A program made the translations under genes and the position numbers. 23,746 nt of DNA, taken from Gemmatimonadales bacterium (GTDB taxonomy: Bacteria; Gemmatimonadota; Gemmatimonadetes; Gemmatimonadales; GWC2-71-9). Below are positions 1 through 8,749 of this stretch, piece by piece; position 1 is the stretch's first letter, and each line of letters begins with the position of its first letter. Below the pieces are notes generated by a model. The model was not told the DNA's origin. It made no database searches and saw nothing but the letters and a program-made list of their open reading frames with translations. The DNA lies in contig JBFJHJ010000039.1 in the NCBI GenBank assembly GCA_041613315.1, positions 1 through 23,746 of the forward strand. Reading direction: 5' to 3'.

Positions 1-1
1 C

Positions 2-1120
2 CTGCCGGTGGTGGCGGGCGTGACGCTCGGGGTCTTTATGCTCAAGGCGCTGATGGCCGCGGGTGCCACCCGCTCCCTCAAGCGTAGCATCCAGGTGAGC
101 GTGCTGAGCGGCCTGGGGCTCGCCCAGGTGGGCGAGTTCTCCTTCGTGCTCGCGGTCGTGGGGGCGCCGCTCGGCTTGCTCGATCAGGACACCTACCAGC
201 TCTTCCTGGCCATGTCGGTCCTGACGATGCTGGCGACGCCGTTCCTGATCGCCGCCGCGGGGCCCGTGGCCGAGGTCCTCTGCCGGGTGATGCGTCAACC
301 CACCCTGGAGGTGCCGCCCCACGAAGAGCCGCTCATCGCCGAACTGCACGATCACGTGATTCTGGTGGGGTACGGTCTGGGCGGGCGGCATCTCGCCCGG
401 GTGCTGAAGGCCGCCGGCATCGCGTACGTGATCCTCGAGCAGAACGGTCAGGTCGTTCGGCTCGCGCGGATGAACCGCGAGCCGATCTACTTCGGCGACG
501 GCACGCGGCGCGAGGTGCTCGAGCGGGTACGCATCGAGCGGGCGCGGGTGATCGTGTTCGCCATCTCTGCGCCCGCGGAGGAGCGGCGGGGCGTGGTCGT
601 GGCGCGCCACGCGAGCCCCCACGTGCGAATCGTGGCCCGCACCCGCTACACCGCCGCGATCAAGGAGTTGCTGCGTCTCGGTGCCGACGAGGTCGTGCCC
701 GAGGAGTTCGAGACCTCCATCGAGATCTTCGCGCGCGTGCTCCACATGTACGGCATTCCGCAGAACCTGATCGAGCGGGAGATCGTGGCGATCCGCGGCG
801 AGCAGTACGAGATGTTGCGCGGGCTCGCCCTGCCCGATCTGCGGCTCGATGCCCTCAAGCACCTGGGGATCCACACGGCCCTCGACACCGTGCAGGTGGA
901 AGCGGGCGCGGCGGCGATTGGCGAGAACCCCGTCACGATGGAGCTGCGACGCGCCACCGGCGCCATGGTGATCGCCGTCGTTCGCGACGGGGTGGCGCGC
1001 TACACCCCGGACCCCAGCTACCGCTTCCGGAGCGGCGACACCGTGGTCATGGTGGGAGATCGTGAAGCGCTGGACCGCGCGACCGCCTTGTTCCGCGTTC
1101 GACACGCGGAATCGGCCTGA
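2..1120 (+). CDS. Monovalent cation:proton antiporter-2 (CPA2, KefB/KefC/YbaL-like) with TrkA-N and TrkA-C (RCK) domains; 5'-truncated by the window edge
   Basis: Contains the CPA2 motif LAQVGEFSFVL in hydrophobic helices, then a Rossmann RCK_N (HVILVGYGLGG; YFGDGTRREVL; GADEVVPEEFE) and a C-terminal RCK_C (LRRATGAMVIAVVRDG...GDTVVMVG). The frame is open to the window start. Confidence 0.9.
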   Translation: MPVVAGVTLGVFMLKALMAAGATRSLKRSIQVSVLSGLGLAQVGEFSFVLAVVGAPLGLLDQDTYQLFLAMSVLTMLATPFLIAAAGPVAEVLCRVMRQPTLEVPPHEEPLIAELHDHVILVGYGLGGRHLARVLKAAGIAYVILEQNGQVVRLARMNREPIYFGDGTRREVLERVRIERARVIVFAISAPAEERRGVVVARHASPHVRIVARTRYTAAIKELLRLGADEVVPEEFETSIEIFARVLHMYGIPQNLIEREIVAIRGEQYEMLRGLALPDLRLDALKHLGIHTALDTVQVEAGAAAIGENPVTMELRRATGAMVIAVVRDGVARYTPDPSYRFRSGDTVVMVGDREALDRATALFRVRHAESA

Positions 1121-2057
1121 AGGCCGGAGGCGCGAAGGCGCTCACCGCTCCGGACGGCAGGGCGCTCTCCAGCGCCGCCAGGCGCACCGTTTCGAAATGG
1201 ATGTCGACCGTATCGCGCACGTCGGCAGCGTACCCGCCGCCCATCGTGACGGCAACCGGGATGCCCGCCGCCCGGCATCGCTCGAGCACCCGCCGGTCGC
1301 GCGCGGCGAGCCCCGACTTGCTCACTGCCAGACGGCCAAGCCGGTCACCCGCGAAGGGATCGGCCCCGGCGAGGTAGATCGCGAGATCGGCATCCGCACA
1401 CGCGAGTGCGCGCGCCACGCCCCGCTCAAGAGCGTCCAGATACACATCGTCCGTCGCGCCGTCCTCCAGCGGCACGTCCAGGTCACTCGGGACTTTCTCG
1501 AACGGATAGTTGTGGGCCCCGAACAGATCGAACGTAAATACCGTCGAGTCCTCCGCGAAGATCGCCGCCGTGCCGTTCCCCTGGTGCACATCGCAATCCA
1601 GGATCACGACGCGGCGCGCCCGTCCCTCCGCCTGCATCGCGCGCGCCGCGACGGCAGCGTCGTTGAACACGCAAAAGCCCTCACCGCGGTCACGCGAGGC
1701 GTGATGTGTGCCCCCCGCGAGGCTCACGGCCACGCCATCAGCGAGCGCTGCGCGGCTCGCGGCGATCGTCGCGCCGACAGACCGCCGGGACCGTTCCACG
1801 AGCTGGGGCGACCACGGGAACCCGATGCGACGCACCGCCGCGCGCTCGAGGGTCCCCGACGCGACGTGCTGCACGTAGTCGGCGTCGTGCGCCCGCACCA
1901 GCTCCGTGTCCGTGGCGGGCGGCGGGACGAGCACCTCGCCCGGCCCCACCAGTGCCGCCGCCACCACGCGCTCGCGCAGCAATCGGTACTTCGCCATCGG
2001 AAAGCGATGACGCGGGGGTAAGGGCAACACGAACTGGTCGCTGGAGAAGACCCTCAC
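1047..2057 (-). CDS. Histone deacetylase family (Zn-dependent) protein / acyl-lysine deacylase
   Basis: Motifs [36 protein letters not shown] and GGGY. The GTG start overlaps the pdxH stop (GTGA). Confidence 0.92.
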   Translation of the reverse strand: MRVFSSDQFVLPLPPRHRFPMAKYRLLRERVVAAALVGPGEVLVPPPATDTELVRAHDADYVQHVASGTLERAAVRRIGFPWSPQLVERSRRSVGATIAASRAALADGVAVSLAGGTHHASRDRGEGFCVFNDAAVAARAMQAEGRARRVVILDCDVHQGNGTAAIFAEDSTVFTFDLFGAHNYPFEKVPSDLDVPLEDGATDDVYLDALERGVARALACADADLAIYLAGADPFAGDRLGRLAVSKSGLAARDRRVLERCRAAGIPVAVTMGGGYAADVRDTVDIHFETVRLAALESALPSGAVSAFAPPAFRPIPRVERGTRRSRGPALHDLPP

Positions 2058-2725
2058 GGCGCCAGCCGCTCGATCACCCAGCGGCCGTCAGATCCGCGCC
2101 GGTACCGCAGGCGGTCGTGCAGCCGGTCGGGCCGCCCTTGCCAGAAGACGATGGCCTCGGGCGCCAACCGGTAGCCGCCCCAATGCGGCGGTCGCGGCAC
2201 GTCCTGGCCGTCGAACCGCCGCCCGAACTCCGCGACGCGGCGCTCCAACACCTCCCGGCCCGCGATCACGGCACTCTGCTCCGACGCCCAGGCGCCGATC
2301 TGACTGCCCCGAGGCCGCGTGCGAAAATAGGCGTCGGCCTCCGCCGCCGACACCGGCGCCACCGTCCCCATGATCACAACCTGGCGCTCGAGCTCCGGCC
2401 AGAAACAGACGAGCGCGGCCCGCGGATTCGCCGCGAGGTCGCGGCCTTTGCGGCTGAGGTAGTTCGTGAAGAACGTGAAGCCGTCGGCGTCGTAGCCCTT
2501 GATGAGCACGACGCGGCCCGATGGGTGTCCGGCAGCGTCCGCCGTGGCCAGCGTGGCCGCGGTCGGCTCGGGCAGTCCCGACTCGGTCGCCGCATCCATC
2601 CAGCGCGCGAACTGGCGGATCGGGTCGCGATCCATGTCCCGCTCGCTCAGTCCCGCCCGCTCGTCCTCGCGCCGCGCGGCCGCCGCGTCCCCGCCCGCAG
2701 TGGTGGCATCAGAAGAATGCTGCAT
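2054..2725 (-). CDS. pdxH: Pyridoxine/pyridoxamine 5'-phosphate oxidase
   Basis: Motifs [43 protein letters not shown] and [15 protein letters not shown]. Start reassigned to the ATG at 2725, which has GGAGG about 9 nt upstream. Confidence 0.95.
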   Translation of the reverse strand: MQHSSDATTAGGDAAAARREDERAGLSERDMDRDPIRQFARWMDAATESGLPEPTAATLATADAAGHPSGRVVLIKGYDADGFTFFTNYLSRKGRDLAANPRAALVCFWPELERQVVIMGTVAPVSAAEADAYFRTRPRGSQIGAWASEQSAVIAGREVLERRVAEFGRRFDGQDVPRPPHWGGYRLAPEAIVFWQGRPDRLHDRLRYRRGSDGRWVIERLAP

Positions 2726-2769
2726 CGCGTTCGTCCTCCGCTCCGCCGGCACGGCGTTGCGGCCCGCGC

Positions 2770-2778
2770 AATATACCA
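2770..2778 (-). promoter_or_regulatory. Putative extended -10 promoter (TGgTATATT) for pdxH and the deacetylase gene
   Basis: The minus strand reads TGGTATATT about 45 nt upstream of the pdxH ATG, an AT-rich spot in very GC-rich DNA. Confidence 0.5.
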
Positions 2779-2988
2779 GGAATCGCCTGGTGATTCCCGC
2801 CGGCACCGTCCGGTGCGCCCGGTCCCCTCGCACGAGGGTCATTTGACCTTCCTACGGGTGGGCACCGTCACCGAGGTGCGCCCCGCACCGTCCTACATTG
2901 AGCCAACAGGACCCGCGTGATCTCATCACGCGCCGGCCGCGGTAACGGCGGCCGAGTGGCATTCTCTCCAACTCGTTGGGGGAACCCC

Positions 2989-4083
2989 ATGAGCAGCACC
3001 CGCACCCTGCCGGCGCGCGCTGTGGCGCGCCCGGTCCTCTTGTTGGCCGCCCTCGCCCTGGCCGCCTGCACCGACGGCCTCGGCCCGATCGAGAACCTCG
3101 ACCCGGTAACGGCGAGCCAGCGGGCGGAGGAGATCTACACCACCATGTCGGGCAACCCCGCGCTCGAGAGCATGGGCATTCTCGAGACGGCGTCCCCGTT
3201 CCCCGCAGCCTCCGCGATGATGGCGGCCACCACGCCGTTCGCGCCCTCGGGTGAGCGCGGCGAATGGTTGGGGACCCGGATCCAACGCCTCGCCGCGGCC
3301 GCGCCGTATGTCACCTCGGCCGAGCCGGCGGTGATCTTCCCGGCCGACCTGCTCGGGAAGGTGCTCATCTACAACCCGGCCACGGGCAAGTACGAGGTCG
3401 CGCCCAACCAGTCCGGCGCGCCGCCCAACGGCGTCCGGTTCATTCTCTACGCCATCGACCCGGTGTTCAAGAAGCCGCTGACGGATACGCCGGTCGGGTA
3501 TGCCGACTTCATGGACGAGTCCACCCCGGCGGCCGACGCACTCCACATCATTGTCACGATCAATGACCGCGTCGTGATCGACTACCTCGCGACGGCGTCC
3601 GTCGAGGCCGCCGACGGCGGGACCGTCGTGTTCGGCGCCCTGGGATTCGTCGACAACGGCACCAAGCGGCTGGACTTCGACCTGTCGCAGCGTATCTCCG
3701 AGCTGGCCGGTGTGTCCTTCAACTACCTGCTCGAAGCGACCGGCGAGGCCGCGTCCGTGCGGCTCACGGCGGAAGCCCGGCCCAACCAGCCGGCGCACAT
3801 TACCCTCACCGTCAGTCGCGGCGCGTCCAGCGTCGTGCTGGACGTGACCGCGGGTGAGCGAGAGATCGCGGGCACCGTCAGCGTGAACGGGACGGTCGTC
3901 ATCGAGATCTCGGGCACGCACGAGGCGCCCGTCTTCCAACATCCGGACGGCAGCCCGATCACCGAGGAAGACGCGCGTGCGCTGCGCGACTTGTTCCGGA
4001 TGGTTGACAAAATGTCCGGCGTGGTACACGCTCTCCTCAGAACGGCACACAGGATTCTCAAGGTCCCGGTCTTTGCGATCTAG
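2989..4083 (+). CDS. Uncharacterised lipoprotein, beta-rich C-terminal half
   Basis: Signal peptide with lipobox LALAAC. GGGGGA lies upstream of the ATG at 2989, and codon usage is GC3-biased like a real gene. No family recognised. Confidence 0.75.
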   Translation: MSSTRTLPARAVARPVLLLAALALAACTDGLGPIENLDPVTASQRAEEIYTTMSGNPALESMGILETASPFPAASAMMAATTPFAPSGERGEWLGTRIQRLAAAAPYVTSAEPAVIFPADLLGKVLIYNPATGKYEVAPNQSGAPPNGVRFILYAIDPVFKKPLTDTPVGYADFMDESTPAADALHIIVTINDRVVIDYLATASVEAADGGTVVFGALGFVDNGTKRLDFDLSQRISELAGVSFNYLLEATGEAASVRLTAEARPNQPAHITLTVSRGASSVVLDVTAGEREIAGTVSVNGTVVIEISGTHEAPVFQHPDGSPITEEDARALRDLFRMVDKMSGVVHALLRTAHRILKVPVFAI

Positions 4084-4890
4084 GTGAGCCAACCACATCG
4101 ACTGGCCGGCGCGCTGGCCGCCACGCTTCTGGCGGCCTGCGCGTCGGCCCCGCAGCACGATCTGTTGTTCGTCGACGGGCGGGGGGTCGCCCCGGCCGGC
4201 GACACCCTGCTCGCCCTCACCCGGCCGAACGTCCCCGCCCTCCTGGTCCTGGACCGCCGTACCGGCATCGTGGACACGATCGGCCGTGGCGAACTCGCGA
4301 GCCCGCTGCATGTCGAATACCACGGCGGCCGGTGGTACGTCTCGGATCTGCGGGACGGGCGGCCGGTCGTGACCGTGCTCAACAGCGCCGGCACGCTCGA
4401 GCGACGCATCCCGCTCGCCCCCACTCCCGCCACCCCACATCAGTTCGCCGTGCTCCCCGACGGCCGCATCGTGATACAGGTGGCCGGCGGGGAGCTCGTG
4501 GCGCTCCGCGGCGACAGCGTCCTCCCCTTCGCGGTCGGCGACCAGAGCGAGCGGCCCGGTCTCCTCCTCGGCGCGCAGGGCGGTGTGGTCCTGGCCGCCC
4601 CCGGCCAGGCCGTCACGCTGTTCAACGCCAACGGCAACATCCGCTGGCGTCTCGAATGGCCGTGGAACGAGCGCGCCTATGTCAGCGACATGGCCCTCGA
4701 TGCACAGGGACGCCTGCATCTGCTGGCGGGGGAAGAGGGCACGAACCAGTTCGTGGTGTTCACCCTCTCCTATGTGACCGGTGAGGTGATGCGGTGGTCG
4801 GTTCCCGGGCCCTACGCGACGTTCTCGGTCAGGCGGTTAGGGGAGATACGGCCCGACACCGCAGGCCACTGGCTGGGCGAGCGACCGTAG
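4084..4890 (+). CDS. Uncharacterised lipoprotein, probable beta-propeller (NHL/SMP30-like repeats)
   Basis: Lipobox LLAAC. Repeated blade-like segments such as PLHVEYHGGRWYVSD, PHQFAVLPDGRIVI and VSDMALDAQGRLHLL. The GTG start abuts the upstream TAG. Confidence 0.7.
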   Translation: MSQPHRLAGALAATLLAACASAPQHDLLFVDGRGVAPAGDTLLALTRPNVPALLVLDRRTGIVDTIGRGELASPLHVEYHGGRWYVSDLRDGRPVVTVLNSAGTLERRIPLAPTPATPHQFAVLPDGRIVIQVAGGELVALRGDSVLPFAVGDQSERPGLLLGAQGGVVLAAPGQAVTLFNANGNIRWRLEWPWNERAYVSDMALDAQGRLHLLAGEEGTNQFVVFTLSYVTGEVMRWSVPGPYATFSVRRLGEIRPDTAGHWLGERP

Positions 4891-4933
4891 AAGGCACGGC
4901 CGGCGGCGTCACGGCCGCTCCCGCCGCTCGGAT

Positions 4934-6025
4934 CTAGTACTTCAGCTTCGCCTGATCGGCAAAGGCCTTGAGCGACTTCTCCTGCTCGGGCGTCAGGCGC
5001 TCCGGCACGGCCACGCTGATCTCCACTAACTGATCACCTCGCTGGCCGTTCTTCTCGACCCCCTGTCCTCGGATTCGGAACTTCCGTCCGGGCTGGGTGC
5101 CGGGCGGGATCTTCAGGACGACGCGCCGGCCATCGATCGTGCGCACGCGCAGCTTCGTCCCAAGGGCGGCCTGCGCGATGTTCACCGGCACCGTACAGAC
5201 GAGATCGACCCCCTCACGCCGGAAGAAACGATCGGCCTGCACCTGAAACGTGACGATGATGTCGCCGGGCGGCCCGCCGTCGGCACGCCGCTGTCCCTGA
5301 CCCTTCAGCCGCGCCCGCTGCCCGGACTCGACCCCGGGCTTCACGCTCACCAGGATGCGCTTGTTCACCGACACATCACCGTCGCCGCCGCAGCGTGGGC
5401 ACGGCGTGGCCGGCACCCGTCCCCGGCCGCGGCACGCGGGACAGGGCCGGTTCACCGCGAACCCCCCTTGGCCAAACGTCACCGTGCCCCGCCCGCCGCA
5501 CTCGCCGCAGGTGTTGACCTTGGTCCCAGGGGCGGCGCCCGAGCCGCCGCATGCGGGACAGGCTTCCGTAACCCCGATCGTGACGGGGATCTTGCCACCC
5601 AGCACCGCCGTGCGGAACGGGACCTCCACCGCGACCTCGATCGGCTCCGGCACCGACGACTTCCGGCCCCGCCCGAAGATCGACGAGAAGAGATCGCCGA
5701 GGCCGCCCAGCCCACCCAGGCCGCCAAAATCGAACTCTTCGACCCGGATCCCCCCGCCCGCCCCGCGCCCACCCGCGCCACCGGGCCAGCCACCACCCAG
5801 CCCCCCGAACCGGCGCATCTGATCGTACTGCTTGCGCTTCGCGGCGTCGCTCAGGACCGTGTGGGCCTCCGAGATCTCTTTGAACCGCTCGGCCGCCGCC
5901 GCGTCGTTCGGGTTCGCATCCGGATGGTACTGTTTCGCCAGCCGACGATAGGCCGTCTTGATCTCGGCAGCTGTCGCGTCCGGCTTGACGCCCAGGACCT
6001 GGTAATAGTCCTTGACGGCGGTCAT
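4934..6025 (-). CDS. dnaJ: Chaperone DnaJ (class A)
   Basis: J domain ([11 protein letters not shown]), a G/F-rich region, four CxxCxGxG repeats and the C-terminal domain. Confidence 0.96.
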   Translation of the reverse strand: MTAVKDYYQVLGVKPDATAAEIKTAYRRLAKQYHPDANPNDAAAAERFKEISEAHTVLSDAAKRKQYDQMRRFGGLGGGWPGGAGGRGAGGGIRVEEFDFGGLGGLGGLGDLFSSIFGRGRKSSVPEPIEVAVEVPFRTAVLGGKIPVTIGVTEACPACGGSGAAPGTKVNTCGECGGRGTVTFGQGGFAVNRPCPACRGRGRVPATPCPRCGGDGDVSVNKRILVSVKPGVESGQRARLKGQGQRRADGGPPGDIIVTFQVQADRFFRREGVDLVCTVPVNIAQAALGTKLRVRTIDGRRVVLKIPPGTQPGRKFRIRGQGVEKNGQRGDQLVEISVAVPERLTPEQEKSLKAFADQAKLKY

Positions 6026-6028
6026 GCG

Positions 6029-6688
6029 TCAGGCTCCGTCCCCGTCGGACGCGTCACCGTCGTCGCGCGACACGAACACCCGGACACGGGCGGGCCGGAG
6101 GAGCTGCGGACCGAATCGGTAGCCCGGTTGGAGTACCGCCGCCACCGTACCGTCCGCCTCGGGTGAGCCCGCCTGGGCCGTGCCGACGGCTTCGTGAGCG
6201 TTCGGGTCGAATCGCTCGCCCTCGACCCCGACACGCATCAGCCCGCCGCTCTCCAGCACCCGCATGAGCTTGCGCTCCACCAACTCGACGCCGGCGATCA
6301 CGTCCCAGGTGCTGGTTTGCTCGGGAGCGAGATCGGCCACACGGCCCAGATCGTCCAGCGCCTCGAGGACAGTCTCCACCAGCGCGGCCTGGGCTCGCGT
6401 CCGGAGCTCGGCCTGCTCACGCGCGATACGCTTGCGGTAGTTGTCGAAATCGGCGGCGAGCCTGAGGTGAGCGTCCCGCGCGTCGTCCAGCTCCGCGGTA
6501 AGGCGTTGGACCTCCTCGGACACCTCCGCGACCGGCGTGGCTTCCGCCGCCGAGGGCGCCCGGTCCACCGCCCCACCCTCTGGCGCCCTGGGGCCCGGCG
6601 CGTCTGGTTCGCTCGCCAGGGGGGCGGTCTCCGGCGGGGCCTTGGCGGAGGGATGGGTGTGACGAGAGCCGGTCTTGCGTCTTGGCAT
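6029..6688 (-). CDS. grpE: Nucleotide exchange factor GrpE
   Basis: Motifs LRLAADFDNYRKR, FDPNAHEAV and VLQPGY...LLRPARVRV. Directly upstream of dnaJ. Confidence 0.95.
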   Translation of the reverse strand: MPRRKTGSRHTHPSAKAPPETAPLASEPDAPGPRAPEGGAVDRAPSAAEATPVAEVSEEVQRLTAELDDARDAHLRLAADFDNYRKRIAREQAELRTRAQAALVETVLEALDDLGRVADLAPEQTSTWDVIAGVELVERKLMRVLESGGLMRVGVEGERFDPNAHEAVGTAQAGSPEADGTVAAVLQPGYRFGPQLLRPARVRVFVSRDDGDASDGDGA

Positions 6689-6749
6689 CGCTCAGTCTCA
6701 GAAAGCCGGTATTTGACAATGATTTACGGTCATGGAACTTAACAGCAGG

Positions 6750-6765
6750 AGCAAGGAGCATACCA
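6750..6765 (-). promoter_or_regulatory. Putative sigma54 (-24/-12) promoter for grpE-dnaJ
   Basis: The minus strand reads TGGTATGCTCCTTGCT, i.e. GG-N10-GC, close to the consensus TGGCACG-N4-TTGCW, about 60 nt upstream of the grpE ATG. Confidence 0.6.
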
Positions 6766-6815
6766 GGTGATTCGGCCGAACTGGCAGGACACGTCGCCCC
6801 TTCGTCCTACGGCGG

Positions 6816-8081
6816 TCACGGTGCCGCAGTTTCCTCCTGCAACGCGAGGCGGAGCAGGTTGAGGCCTGCCTGCGCGCTCCGATGCCGGATCTCCTCCCGG
6901 TCACCGTGGAGCCGCGTCCGCACCGTGCGGACCTTCCCGTGCACGGTGACGCCGAGACACACGGTCCCCACCGGCTTGTCGCGCGTCCCGCCGGCCGGTC
7001 CGGCGATTCCGGTCACGGCGATGGCGGCCCCGGTAGCGAACCGCCGCGCCGCGCCCTCCGCCATCGCAGCCGCCACGGTCTCGCTGACCGCGCCGTGCTC
7101 CGCGAGCATCCGGGGCGGCACCTCCAGGTCGCGGACCTTGGCGGCGTCCTCGTAGGCGATCACGCCGCCGGCGAACACGTCCGACGCTCCCGGGACGGCG
7201 GTGAGCCGCCCGCCCAGGAGCCCGCCGGTGCACGACTCCGCCACCGCCAACCGCAGCCCGCGGGCGCGCACGCGCTCCAGCACGAGGGCTGCGAGATCCT
7301 GTTCTCCTTCACCGTAGTGGTGCGCGCCGAGGATGGGCGTGACCCGCGCGACCGCCCGCCCCATCGCGTCGTCGGCTTCCGGGGCCGGCAGGCCCCAGAC
7401 GGTGAACCGGAGATCCACGCCCTCCCACCCGGGCAGATAGGCCAGCGTGACGGGCGCGAGCGCGTGCTCGACGTCGCCCACGGCGGACGCGAGAGCCGAC
7501 TCGGCGATGCCCGTCGTCCGCAGCGTCCGCCACCGCACGCTCGTCCCCGCCGATGCCGCGCCGATGCGGTCCCGCAGGCGCGGGACCACCTGGTCTGCGA
7601 GCAAGGCCCGCATCTCGAACGGCACCCCCGGGAGGAGGACCGCAGTCCCCGGGCCCCCGTCGAGCCACAGCCCCGGCGCCGTCCCCAACCGATTGGGCAG
7701 CACGACGGCGCCTCTGGGGACTTCGGCCTGAGATCGGTTGCTCGGCGGCATCGGGCCGCGGCGGAATGCGGCAAACCGTCGCTCGAGCGCGGCCAGCAGC
7801 TCGTGATCCAGCTCGAGGGGTGCGCGGAACACCTCGGCGATGGCGGTCTTCGTCACGTCATCGCGCGTGGGGCCGAGTCCGCCGGTCGCGAGCACGAAGC
7901 CGGCCCGCGCGAGGGCGTCCGTCAGGGCGCTCCGGATGGCGTCCCGGTCATCGCCCACGGTGGACTTCCGCACCACGCGGGCGCCGAGCGGCGCGAGGGT
8001 GCGCGCGATATGAGCGGCATTCGTATCGATGGTGAGCCCGAGCAGGAGCTCGGTGCCGATCGTCAGGACCTCAAGCTCCAT
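6816..8081 (-). CDS. cinA: Competence/damage-inducible protein A (MoCF_biosynth-like domain plus NMN deamidase PncC domain)
   Basis: Motifs IGTELLLG...DTNA, GGLGPTRDDVT, GTAPG, LPGVPFEM, AVAESCTGG, GAVS and TGIAGP.GG...KPVGTV. Start set at the ATG at 8081, which overlaps the end of pgsA. Confidence 0.94.
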   Translation of the reverse strand: MELEVLTIGTELLLGLTIDTNAAHIARTLAPLGARVVRKSTVGDDRDAIRSALTDALARAGFVLATGGLGPTRDDVTKTAIAEVFRAPLELDHELLAALERRFAAFRRGPMPPSNRSQAEVPRGAVVLPNRLGTAPGLWLDGGPGTAVLLPGVPFEMRALLADQVVPRLRDRIGAASAGTSVRWRTLRTTGIAESALASAVGDVEHALAPVTLAYLPGWEGVDLRFTVWGLPAPEADDAMGRAVARVTPILGAHHYGEGEQDLAALVLERVRARGLRLAVAESCTGGLLGGRLTAVPGASDVFAGGVIAYEDAAKVRDLEVPPRMLAEHGAVSETVAAAMAEGAARRFATGAAIAVTGIAGPAGGTRDKPVGTVCLGVTVHGKVRTVRTRLHGDREEIRHRSAQAGLNLLRLALQEETAAP

Positions 8082-8748
8082 CGCCGGAGGCGCCGCCGCC
8101 CGCCGACGAGCTGGTGAAGAGCTTCCGGTACCGGTAGACGTAGACCCCAAGGGAGTACGCCGTGAGCAGGACGGCGCCCGCGAGCGTCACCGCCACGAGC
8201 GCGCCGTGGAACTCGTCCCAGAACGCCCCCAGCCAGCCCCGCTCCCACCCGAACGCGATCCGCATGTCCTTCCAGGCGAACCACGCGATCGTGGCGCCGA
8301 TGAAGATGTCCTGCACGATGGTCTTGGCCTTGCCGGCGCCGGCGGCGGCGATCACGACGCCGCGGCGTTTCGCCACGAACCGGAAGATCGTCATCGCGAC
8401 CTCGCGGCCCACGAGCAGGATCGCCACCCACAGCGGGAGGTTCCCCCACCAGGGGATCTCGTACTGTCGCATCGGGTAGCGCGTGATCCAGTAGATCGGG
8501 ATCAGCGTGGCGAAGAGCAGCAGCTTGTCCGCCAGGGGGTCGAGCATCTTCCCCAGCTCGGTGATCTGCTTGCGTTCGCGCGCGAGCCGGCCGTCGTAGA
8601 TGTCACTGATCGCCGCCGCCAAGAAGACGACAAACGCGATCAGCTTGGGCGCATACCCGTTGATGAACGGCAAGAGGGCGATCACAGGCGTGAGCGCGAT
8701 ACGGGCGAGAGTCAGGATGTTGGGCAGGGTCCAGAGCATGCCCGGCAT
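8071..8748 (-). CDS. pgsA: CDP-alcohol phosphatidyltransferase (PgsA-like)
   Basis: LPNILTLARI and the signature DIYDGRLAR...ITELGKMLDPLADK. The pgsA-cinA adjacency is a known arrangement. Alternative start at 8739. Confidence 0.88.
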   Translation of the reverse strand: MPGMLWTLPNILTLARIALTPVIALLPFINGYAPKLIAFVVFLAAAISDIYDGRLARERKQITELGKMLDPLADKLLLFATLIPIYWITRYPMRQYEIPWWGNLPLWVAILLVGREVAMTIFRFVAKRRGVVIAAAGAGKAKTIVQDIFIGATIAWFAWKDMRIAFGWERGWLGAFWDEFHGALVAVTLAGAVLLTAYSLGVYVYRYRKLFTSSSAGGGASGDGA

Positions 8749-8749
8749 C

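Noticed and set aside
2926..4719. 597-aa minus-strand ORF, and similar long antisense ORFs (11455-13110, 13110-14621, 14608-16071, 21721-23112)
   Set aside because: They lie antisense to well-supported genes, have no recognisable motifs, and are expected from stop-codon scarcity in very GC-rich DNA.
4891..4933. Intrinsic terminator between the convergent lipoprotein gene and dnaJ
   Set aside because: Only a weak GC stem (CGGCCG...CGGCCG) without a U-tract on either strand.
6689..6815. CIRCE/HrcA operator upstream of grpE
   Set aside because: No TTAGCACTC-N9-GAGTGCTAA-like inverted repeat is present.
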